Source of the DNA: a virus
Lineage: Duplodnaviria; Caudoviricetes
IMG/VR virus record: IMGVR_UViG_3300017971_000079
Span: 1-50,991 of that record
Length of the DNA stretch: 50,991 nt
Strand: one strand, 5' to 3'
Shown here: piece after piece, positions 17,064-24,183 of the stretch
Layout of the letters: each line of letters opens with the position of its first letter
Numbering within the stretch: position 1 is the stretch's first letter
Translations under genes and position numbers: made by a program
The notes under the pieces: model-generated
Databases searched by the model: none
Told to the model about the DNA's origin: nothing
What the model saw: only the letters and a program-made list of their open reading frames with translations

Positions 17064-17812
17064 ATATCTCTCCGACGCAGCTCGTCAAGTACCGGCAGTG
17101 CGCCCGGAAAATCGGCTACGAGTACGTCGAGGGGATCAAGGCGCCCTCGACGCCGAAGCAGGAGTTCGGCCGCGAGGTACACAAGCACCTCGAGCGCTGG
17201 CTGCGTGACGGCGTGCTCCCCGACAAGTCGCCGGCGGGGCTCGTCGCGAAGCAGGGCATCGGACGCTGGTTGCCTCCTCCGGGACCGGAGCTGCTCGTCG
17301 AGCACACGTGGTCGATACCGCTCGAGTGCGGCGTCGTGCTCTCCGGGATCGCTGATTGCGTCCAGCCCCCCCGCGGTGGCGAGCTGCCGCTCGTCATCGA
17401 CCACAAATCGACCTCGGGTCTCAAATGGGCGCTGACTCCCGAACAGCTCAAGACCGACGTACAGTCGCTTTTGTACGCGACGTGGGCGGGGCTCGAGTTC
17501 GGCGCGCGCGTGGTAGAGGTGCGCTGGATATACTACTCCGCCAGCAACCCGCGCAACGGAGGCCCGCGCAAGCCCACGGGCGTGAAGCCGGTGGGCGCGT
17601 CCATCGTGTTGCCCGACGCTGTGGCGCTCATGAGAGGCGTCCTACGTGACGTGAGGGAGATAGTGAGGATACGTGCCGAGCAGTACAGCGGAGCGCAGCT
17701 CCCCCCTTCCCCGGCGTCCTGCGACCTATACGAAGGATGCCAACATAGAGCACGCTGCGGCGACCTCGGGCAGTGGGCGCGAATCGCCGCCAAGATGGAC
17801 AAAAAATACTGA
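17060..17812 (+). CDS. PD-(D/E)XK exonuclease (Cas4/RecB-like)
   Basis: SPTQL..C, FGREVH, GIAD, VIDHKS, QSLLY, three C-terminal Cys. Confidence 0.85.
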   Translation: MNISPTQLVKYRQCARKIGYEYVEGIKAPSTPKQEFGREVHKHLERWLRDGVLPDKSPAGLVAKQGIGRWLPPPGPELLVEHTWSIPLECGVVLSGIADCVQPPRGGELPLVIDHKSTSGLKWALTPEQLKTDVQSLLYATWAGLEFGARVVEVRWIYYSASNPRNGGPRKPTGVKPVGASIVLPDAVALMRGVLRDVREIVRIRAEQYSGAQLPPSPASCDLYEGCQHRARCGDLGQWARIAAKMDKKY

Positions 17813-17827
17813 AAGGAGAGTTGACAA

Positions 17828-18628
17828 ATGGATTTGCTCGAACACCTGAAAGCGAAAGCGGCCGAGACCGCGGAGAAAAAACCAGAACCGACCGAAGAGC
17901 TCGGCGGCGACCTGCTCGCGAAGATGGAGAACCCCGAGGCGAAACCCAAGGGCGGCTTCAGCTCCGAGGGCATCGCCGCGCGGATGGAGGGGGGCGACGG
18001 CGCGCCTCAATGCGACTGCGGGGCGCACATTGCGGGCGAGTGCCCCGAGTGCGACGGGTCGACGCCGCACAAACTCGGCCCGATGCCCGAGCCTCCGCCC
18101 GGAGACGGGGACAGACCGCAACAAAAGTCTCAGGACGGTACGAGAGAGGTTTGTCCGACGTGCGGAAAAGCGTTCAAGCACCTGGCGAAACACAAGTGCA
18201 AGGGTGCGGCACCGCAGGAGAAGCGCGAGACGCCCGCTCTGAACCCGCCGCCGGCGGTAGAGGTGTCAAGAGAGCCGGAGAAAAAGGAGGCGTCTGAGGA
18301 GCCTCCTGCGGAGCCGGAAGGAGCGAAGGGTTACGTGCTTCTCATCGATGCTCTATACGAGGCGGTCGAGGAGGATGTTGACATCGTGTACCTCGGGGAG
18401 CTGGTCGCGCCGTTGTGCTTGGAAGTCGCTCAGGAAAACCGCGTTGCCCACTGGCAGCTCGTCGAGTACGCCCGCGGCCCGGGGTTCTTGTCGGTGAAGC
18501 TGGAGCGGTACCTGGTCGAGACCGGGGTCGACGGCGCGGTGTACCTGGACTCGATGACCCCCGAGGGGAAGGCGTGCAAGGAGACATTGCGCCGGCACGC
18601 GCGCGCCGTGATTCAGGGAGTGCGGTGA
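17828..18628 (+). CDS. Hypothetical protein with zinc-binding motifs
   Basis: CDCG..CPEC and CPTCGKAFKHLAKHKC; AAGGAG RBS. Confidence 0.75.
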   Translation: MDLLEHLKAKAAETAEKKPEPTEELGGDLLAKMENPEAKPKGGFSSEGIAARMEGGDGAPQCDCGAHIAGECPECDGSTPHKLGPMPEPPPGDGDRPQQKSQDGTREVCPTCGKAFKHLAKHKCKGAAPQEKRETPALNPPPAVEVSREPEKKEASEEPPAEPEGAKGYVLLIDALYEAVEEDVDIVYLGELVAPLCLEVAQENRVAHWQLVEYARGPGFLSVKLERYLVETGVDGAVYLDSMTPEGKACKETLRRHARAVIQGVR

Positions 18629-18912
18629 TGGGTCCCGAAGAAGTCATGACCATCAACCCTCTAGGAAACAAAGGGGTAATAACCGCCGACGACCTGCAAG
18701 TCAGTCTTGATGAGTGGTTCGAGAAAAAGATACGCGAACACCTGCCACTCGGCGTTATCATGCAACTCTCTGTAGTCACAACGAGTCCCGGTTGCGGAAA
18801 GGCGCTCGTGTACGTGGAAGAGTTAAGTGGCTGGAGACGCAAGGTCGCGGTCGGTTTGCTTCAGTGGTTGGAGCTGTTGAAGAAAGACTACAAGCGGCAG
18901 TACGGACGATGA
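18628..18912 (+). CDS. Hypothetical protein
   Basis: TGATG-coupled start. Confidence 0.6.
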   Translation: MGPEEVMTINPLGNKGVITADDLQVSLDEWFEKKIREHLPLGVIMQLSVVTTSPGCGKALVYVEELSGWRRKVAVGLLQWLELLKKDYKRQYGR

Positions 18913-19031
18913 AACACCCGCTCGAAGAAAGGCGCGACCGTGAGGACACTTGCGCGACGGTCCTGATATGTGCGGTATGGTTCGTGATGCTTGTGGTCTG
19001 CGTCGTCGTCACTCGATGCATGGGAGGATGA
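18909..19031 (+). CDS. Small putative membrane protein
   Basis: ATGA overlap; hydrophobic stretch VLICAVWFVMLVVCVVV. Confidence 0.5.
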   Translation: MKHPLEERRDREDTCATVLICAVWFVMLVVCVVVTRCMGG

Positions 19032-19090
19032 AAAATGGAGCAGGAAAACGAGCGGCTGAAAGAACGAGAGCGACTCGTCGGTAAGGTATC

Positions 19091-19150
19091 GCGCAATCCT
19101 AGCCGAGACCCCCGAGCGCGGGCACTGGACGCGGGAGCCACCAAAGGAGG
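19091..19150 (+). repeat. Dispersed direct repeat, copy 1 (copy 2 at 21691-21750)
   Basis: 32-nt identical core cccgagcgcgggcactggacgcgggagccacc at 19111-19142 and 21711-21742. Confidence 0.9.
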
Positions 19151-19156
19151 GAGACG

Positions 19157-19354
19157 ATGAGTAGAAATCTACGTTGTGAGATTTGCAACCGGTGCCGCCT
19201 GCCGCTCAAATTTGGGGTAGATGGCGTCTGCCCGGATTGTGGCACGGCGTTGTGCTGGGATTGTTGGCAAGAACACAAGACAAGATGTGCGTCCCAACTC
19301 GAGCGACTACCCGAGCCGCCGAAGGAAAAACCCCGATGCCCGACAACGGACTGA
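19157..19354 (+). CDS. Small Cys-rich zinc-binding protein
   Basis: Three CxxC pairs plus H/C; AAGGAGG RBS. Confidence 0.65.
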   Translation: MSRNLRCEICNRCRLPLKFGVDGVCPDCGTALCWDCWQEHKTRCASQLERLPEPPKEKPRCPTTD

Positions 19355-19593
19355 AAGCGATGCTAGCGCAGCTCGAACGCCAGCTTGCCGAAACCGCCGC
19401 CGAACGCGACGGATTGCGGGAGGACCTTGTACGTCTCGTTGAAGAGCGCGAGCAAGCGTGCCGGCGCGCGGACTTGCTGCAAGCCGAAGCCGCTCGCCTC
19501 GAAGACCAGGCCGAGAAAATGCGCGAGATACTCGACCTCGAACGCGACGAGCTCGAAGCTCGCTTGGAAAAACTACAAGCCGCTAGAAAATGA
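19336..19593 (+). CDS. Coiled-coil hypothetical protein
   Basis: Heptad-like E/L/R pattern; ATGA overlap with the helicase. Confidence 0.6.
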   Translation: MPDNGLKAMLAQLERQLAETAAERDGLREDLVRLVEEREQACRRADLLQAEAARLEDQAEKMREILDLERDELEARLEKLQAARK

Positions 19594-21254
19594 GCCTTCT
19601 CGAATCACTCATGAACCGCGTCGGAGATACTAAGGTCCCGAGGTACGCCCGCGAAACCGTCGGCTACCGGTCGCTTGTACAACGCACCTCGGAGCTCGCG
19701 CGCATCGAAGCGCTACCGCGCCGCGAATGGAGAGACACCGACTACACGACGATAATCAACGACGCGCTCGCCGTAGGCTCTCTTCGCCTATGGCCGATTC
19801 AGTGCGCGGCGCTTGCCGAGATTGCGCTTCATCGAGGCGCGTTCCTTCCTATCGGCGTCGGGCAGGGCAAGGCGTTCATCTCGTTACTTGCGCCCGTGGT
19901 TCTCGAAGCCGAGCGGCCGGTGCTGTTTGTCCCGGCCGCGCTCCGAGACCAGACCCGCGCGCACGTTCTTCCGCTCGCTCGAAAGCACTTCAAGCTTCAC
20001 CCGCGCTTGCGGGTTATCGGATACTCCGAGCTCTCGCTTGCCAAGAACGCCGAGATGCTCGAACGGTTGCAGCCCGATGTCATCGTGTTGGACGAGTGCC
20101 ATGAAGTAAAGGCAAAGACGGCCGGACGCACTAGGCGTCTCGTGAGGTACTTTCGCGAGCATCCGGAGACGGTCTGCGTTGCGATGAGCGGCACGGTGTC
20201 GAACCGTTCGCTCAAAGACTTTGCTCACATCTTGCAGTGGTGTCTCGAGGACCGGACTCCGTTGCCGAGGTCGTGGCGAGAGCTGAGCGTTTGGGCCGAC
20301 GCGATAGACGAGGGCGTGGAAGACGACGCCCGCGCGGCACCGGGGGCCTTGTCGGTGTTCTGCCGCGACGGAGAGAACGTGCGGCAAGGATTCCGCCGAC
20401 GGTTGGTCGAGACCCCGGCCGTGGTTGCGTCCAGGGAAGACGACCTCGGGGTGTCGCTGAGAATCCAAAGATATGAAATGTACGTGCCCGAGAACGTTCG
20501 CGCGGCGCTGTCGAAGTTGAGGGACACGTGGGAGACCCCGAACGGCGACATCGTGACCGAAGCGGTAGACCTCTGGCGGCACGCGCGCGAGCTGGCGCTT
20601 GGATTTTGGTATCGGTGGGAGCCTCCTGCGCCTCGGGAATGGATGGACGCGCGGCGCGAGTGGAAGCGGTACGTGCGTGAGACGTTGAAGAACAATCGAC
20701 GCGGGCTCGATACCGAACTCCAGGTGTGGAATGAGTGCGCGCGAGAAGGTACGTCGAAGGTCTGGAAAGATTGGCGCGACATCAAAGACGCCTTCAAGCC
20801 GAAGTCGATTGCCGAGTGGGTCAGCTACTTCGCGTTGAAATACTGCTCCGACTGGTTGCGAGAGGGAGGGATCGTCTGGACCGAGCATGTCGCGTTCGGC
20901 GAAGAGCTGGCGAAGCGTACTCCGTACACGTACTTTGGCGCGGGAGATTCGCGGATACTCGACACGACCGACCGCGCAATTATCGCCTCGATGTCGGCGC
21001 ACGGGCAAGGCAAGAACTTGCAGAGGTGGAATCGGAACCTGATTACCGCGCCGCCGTCGTCGGGCAAGGTCTGGGAGCAGTTGATTGGGCGCACACATCG
21101 ACAGGGACAGGAGGCGGACGAGGTGCCGGTGGACGTGATGCTCCACGCTCCGGAGCTCGAAGCGGCGTTTGCTCAAGCGCGGGCCGATGCGGTGTACCTG
21201 GAAGACGCGCTTGGTAATAGACAGAAACTCAACTACGCGGATGTCGTAGTGTAA
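19590..21254 (+). CDS. SF2 (SNF2-like) helicase
   Basis: GVGQGKA, VLDECHE, MSGT, GQGKNLQ, EQLIGRTHRQGQ. Confidence 0.88.
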   Translation: MSLLESLMNRVGDTKVPRYARETVGYRSLVQRTSELARIEALPRREWRDTDYTTIINDALAVGSLRLWPIQCAALAEIALHRGAFLPIGVGQGKAFISLLAPVVLEAERPVLFVPAALRDQTRAHVLPLARKHFKLHPRLRVIGYSELSLAKNAEMLERLQPDVIVLDECHEVKAKTAGRTRRLVRYFREHPETVCVAMSGTVSNRSLKDFAHILQWCLEDRTPLPRSWRELSVWADAIDEGVEDDARAAPGALSVFCRDGENVRQGFRRRLVETPAVVASREDDLGVSLRIQRYEMYVPENVRAALSKLRDTWETPNGDIVTEAVDLWRHARELALGFWYRWEPPAPREWMDARREWKRYVRETLKNNRRGLDTELQVWNECAREGTSKVWKDWRDIKDAFKPKSIAEWVSYFALKYCSDWLREGGIVWTEHVAFGEELAKRTPYTYFGAGDSRILDTTDRAIIASMSAHGQGKNLQRWNRNLITAPPSSGKVWEQLIGRTHRQGQEADEVPVDVMLHAPELEAAFAQARADAVYLEDALGNRQKLNYADVVV

Positions 21255-21266
21255 AGGAGGAAGAAG

Positions 21267-21767
21267 ATGCATGAGACTAGCGCATCGGGGTTGGTACACA
21301 AGAAAATGTTTGATCAAGTAAAAGCCGAGCGCGATTCCCTACTCGACGAGGTAGAGCGGCTAACTGCAAGCATAGAACGTCAGGATGTAGTGTGGGAAGA
21401 GAGATTGCGCGTTGCCACACAAACAGCAAACGCCCGTGCGCTTGCCTTTGGGGAGCAGGCCCACAAGATAGCCGAAAAAGCAGCGGCCGGAATTCCTGCG
21501 CCTGTCATCAATCTGCATGGCGAGGATGCTGTCAACGCTGCGAAAACTCTGAGCGCCCGCGCGGAGTCGTACAAAGCGAAGCTTGATCGGGTGCGGAGCA
21601 TCATCGAGAAGCGCGCAATACCGGTCAAAGGGTTGTATCCCGGCTGTGTTGGTTGTGATCAATTGGATTTTTGCAACGGCGAAGCAATCCGCGCCATCCT
21701 AGCCGACGCACCCGAGCGCGGGCACTGGACGCGGGAGCCACCGGAGGAGAACGGCGGCGGCCGATGA
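21267..21767 (+). CDS. Hypothetical coiled-coil protein
   Basis: AAGGAGG RBS; 166 aa. Confidence 0.65.
   Translation: MHETSASGLVHKKMFDQVKAERDSLLDEVERLTASIERQDVVWEERLRVATQTANARALAFGEQAHKIAEKAAAGIPAPVINLHGEDAVNAAKTLSARAESYKAKLDRVRSIIEKRAIPVKGLYPGCVGCDQLDFCNGEAIRAILADAPERGHWTREPPEENGGGR
21691..21750 (+). repeat. Dispersed direct repeat, copy 2
   Basis: Matches 19091-19150 at an offset of exactly 2600 nt. Confidence 0.9.
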
Positions 21768-22198
21768 CCGACCTTGAGCTCATACGTCTCTGGCATTCGT
21801 TCCCGCACTCACCCCGGCAGTGCCGGAGCTACCACATACCGACCGATACCCGGTGCGAAATCTATCCGACCCGCAGTACCTCCGAGGGCGTGTACTGCTA
21901 TTACCACTGGACGCGGTTGCCGAAGTGCGAGGAGTGCGGCCGGCCCGCTTCGGCGCGTCTGAGAAAAAAACGTATGTGCCGGCGCTGCATTGTTGGCGAG
22001 GACACGCCGGAAGTTTTCGAAGTGCAGCATCAATCAGCGTTGGGCTGGATTCAGCCCGGAAGGAGAAACCGTCATGACTCCCGTTCAACTCGCGATAGAA
22101 GCCGTCGCGGGAATGATCCGCGCGCTGGCGGAGTGGAGAAGAAGAAAACGCGAAGCCCGCTTCAAACGAAAGCGGGAGAAGGCGATGAAAGAGATTGA
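21764..22198 (+). CDS. Cys-rich hypothetical protein
   Basis: ATGA coupling; CEECG..CRRC; 3' end overlaps the next ORF. Confidence 0.5.
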   Translation: MTDLELIRLWHSFPHSPRQCRSYHIPTDTRCEIYPTRSTSEGVYCYYHWTRLPKCEECGRPASARLRKKRMCRRCIVGEDTPEVFEVQHQSALGWIQPGRRNRHDSRSTRDRSRRGNDPRAGGVEKKKTRSPLQTKAGEGDERD

Positions 22199-22340
22199 GG
22201 TCGCGCTCAAGCGACGCGAAGCGAAACTGCGAGAGCTGAGAAACGAGCGACGGCGCGCCGAAAACCTCGAACGGTTGCGCGAGCGCGTAGGCCCCGCGCG
22301 TCCGCTTGACGGCAATCCCTACGACGGAGACCCGTCATGA
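22074..22340 (+). CDS. Basic hypothetical protein
   Basis: AAGGAG RBS; ATGA coupling downstream. Confidence 0.55.
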   Translation: MTPVQLAIEAVAGMIRALAEWRRRKREARFKRKREKAMKEIEVALKRREAKLRELRNERRRAENLERLRERVGPARPLDGNPYDGDPS

Positions 22341-22528
22341 AATGGATGGTAGCGATGCTCCAAGACGACAGCGGATTGCTCGACCGGAAGCGCGTTCAGG
22401 AGCTCGTGGTCTGGGACGATACCGAAGTCATCAAGGTCAAGAGCAAGCAAGGCGAAGTTTTGATAAAGCTCGTGAGGTCGGATTTGTTCTTGACAGATTT
22501 TGCCAAATCAGATAAACAGGGCAGATAA
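22337..22528 (+). CDS. Hypothetical protein
   Basis: ATGA coupling. Confidence 0.5.
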   Translation: MKWMVAMLQDDSGLLDRKRVQELVVWDDTEVIKVKSKQGEVLIKLVRSDLFLTDFAKSDKQGR

Positions 22529-22583
22529 ACCAAGCGCGCTTTCGAGCGCCAAGCGCCGCACGGCGGCGGAGAGGGAAACGAAA

Positions 22584-23171
22584 ATGAACAAACCAAACTG
22601 GCCATTCCCAAATCAAAGTGAAGACCCCCACGTGAGCATGCCGCAAGGGCAGGCACCCTACCCCGCGCAACCTTCGCAGGGAGGCGGCCGCGACCCCTTC
22701 CAGCGCACCGCCGAAGCCGACCCCAACCAGAGGAGCGTATACCCGGTGCCGGGGGTGTACCCCGCACTCATGGCCGACTCGCTCAAAATGATTCAGAGCC
22801 GCAAGGGCGAAGACCTGTTCGTCGCGGAGCTGGAGATACTCGACTCGCAGGTCGACGACCGCCCCGCCGGAACTCGGATGTCGTGGATTGTGAACTACAA
22901 GCACGACTCAGCACCCGGCAACGTCAAGGCGTTTTTCTGCGCGCTGATGAGCACGACCGAGGACCAGGTGACGGCCGATGCGCTTCGGTATGCCTGCGGA
23001 GTTCAGAACCCCTGTCAAGGGCGTCTTGTGAGACTCGAAGCGAGCAACACCAAGACGAGAGCGGGAGGGGACTTCACGCTTTGCAACTGGCAGGTGATAC
23101 CCGAGAACATGCAGGCGCAGGCGGGCGAGCTGCGCAAGCGCGCCGGGTTCGGCGCGGACATTCCGTTCTAG
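22584..23171 (+). CDS. Probable single-stranded DNA-binding protein
   Basis: C-terminal DIPF tail, beta-rich core, replication module context. Confidence 0.6.
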   Translation: MNKPNWPFPNQSEDPHVSMPQGQAPYPAQPSQGGGRDPFQRTAEADPNQRSVYPVPGVYPALMADSLKMIQSRKGEDLFVAELEILDSQVDDRPAGTRMSWIVNYKHDSAPGNVKAFFCALMSTTEDQVTADALRYACGVQNPCQGRLVRLEASNTKTRAGGDFTLCNWQVIPENMQAQAGELRKRAGFGADIPF

Positions 23172-23180
23172 GAGGTACAA

Positions 23181-23804
23181 ATGAAAATCAGAGGAACATT
23201 CAAGTGCGAAGTGCTCGGGACGGCAAGCGTCGACCCCGAGCTTCACGAGAAATTCATCGCAAGCAAGACCGCCGACAAAGAGAAGGTCAAAGAGGAACTG
23301 TCCGCGCTGCCGACCGAAGAAGCCATCGAGAACGCCGTGACCTGTTTTCCGCGTGGAGAAGAGGGTACGGACGGGCCGATTATGTTCGACTACCAGTTCA
23401 AGGGGTTTCTCAAAGAGGCCCTCGGTGTGCTGGTCGAGACGCAGAAGCGCGAGCTGAAGGGGCAGGGTGGAGGCAAGCTGTTGGTCAGTAAGTACACCCA
23501 CAAAAAAGTCGTCGACAACTACGTGTTCGTGTTTCCGCGAGAGATTCCCTTGGTGCTGCCCGAGGGCAAGGGAATCACGAAATGCACGCGGCCGTTGCGC
23601 GCGCAAACCATGCGGGGTGAGCGCGTGGCCCTGGCCACGTCCGAGCAGCTCCCGAGGGGCACGACGTTCGAACTGGAAATCAGACTCTTGCAAGAGTGCC
23701 TGGCTCCGTTGGTTGTTGAGTGTCTGAACTACGGCGCGCTCAAGGGGCTCGGCCAGTGGCGGAACAGTGGTAAGGGTAGGTTTGAATGGGAAGAGATTTT
23801 GTAG
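23181..23804 (+). CDS. Stand-alone RAMP/Cas7-like protein
   Basis: N-terminal strand with LG, P..FDYQFKGFLKEA helix, RPLRA..SE, C-terminal G-rich loop YGALKGLGQWRNSGKGRF; AGGAGG RBS. Confidence 0.72.
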   Translation: MKIRGTFKCEVLGTASVDPELHEKFIASKTADKEKVKEELSALPTEEAIENAVTCFPRGEEGTDGPIMFDYQFKGFLKEALGVLVETQKRELKGQGGGKLLVSKYTHKKVVDNYVFVFPREIPLVLPEGKGITKCTRPLRAQTMRGERVALATSEQLPRGTTFELEIRLLQECLAPLVVECLNYGALKGLGQWRNSGKGRFEWEEIL

Positions 23805-23807
23805 ACG

Positions 23808-24010
23808 CGCGAAGGCTGGGCTTCGCAAGGCGACGTGTCGTTTCGCAAGGGCGAAGGCGGCGCTCTGCAGGGCGACGCGCTGTTTCGCACGGGCGAAGGT
23901 CTGCGCGGCAGAGGCGGCGCTACGTGTCGAATCGCACGGCCCAGCAACGGCGACGAGGGGCGAGGTGGAGTCCGGCTATGCTTCGCAAAGACCTCGGAGT
24001 AATCCGAGGT
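23808..24010 (+). ncRNA. Candidate guide-RNA array: four ~41-42-nt units of nGY-NN pentamers plus a 3' GNRA hairpin
   Basis: 29 of 29 pentamers have G at position 2 and 27 of 29 have Y at position 3; each unit ends in (c/a)gca(a/c); hairpin ACCTCGGA-GTAA-TCCGAGGT at 23991-24010. Confidence 0.72.
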
Positions 24011-24082
24011 GCTGAGTTCTAAAACGAAAGGAGGGTCTTTCGCGGGTAACAGTTCCAAGGCCGGGGACCGGTCCCGGCCGAT

Positions 24083-24171
24083 GGGCGCGGCCGTCACGGC
24101 ATGGAGCGGTCAGAAATTTTCTAAATTGTCGAAGAGCTGACCGCCAGGGTTCGAATCCCGACGCGCCCCCA
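24083..24171 (+). ncRNA. Degenerate tRNA-like element
   Basis: GGGCGCG/CGCGCCC acceptor then CCA; GGG-TTCGAAT-CCC T-loop; extra 8-bp stem GCGGTCAG/CTGACCGC; no canonical D or anticodon arm. Confidence 0.55.
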
Positions 24172-24183
24172 AGGAGGAGTCGC

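Noticed and set aside
17060-17812. CRISPR adaptation Cas4
   Set aside because: No cas1, cas2 or array; solo Cas4-like exonucleases are common in phage recombination modules.
23808-23988. Conventional CRISPR array
   Set aside because: No identical repeats separated by unique spacers; conservation is interleaved every 5 nt.
23767-24022. 82-aa and 78-aa ORFs across the pentamer array
   Set aside because: R/A-rich low-complexity translations; the 5-nt period is not a codon pattern.
24083-24171. Functional tRNA-Arg(TCT) or amber suppressor tRNA
   Set aside because: T-stem only 3 bp, no proper D arm or discriminator, weak anticodon stem; kept only as tRNA-like.
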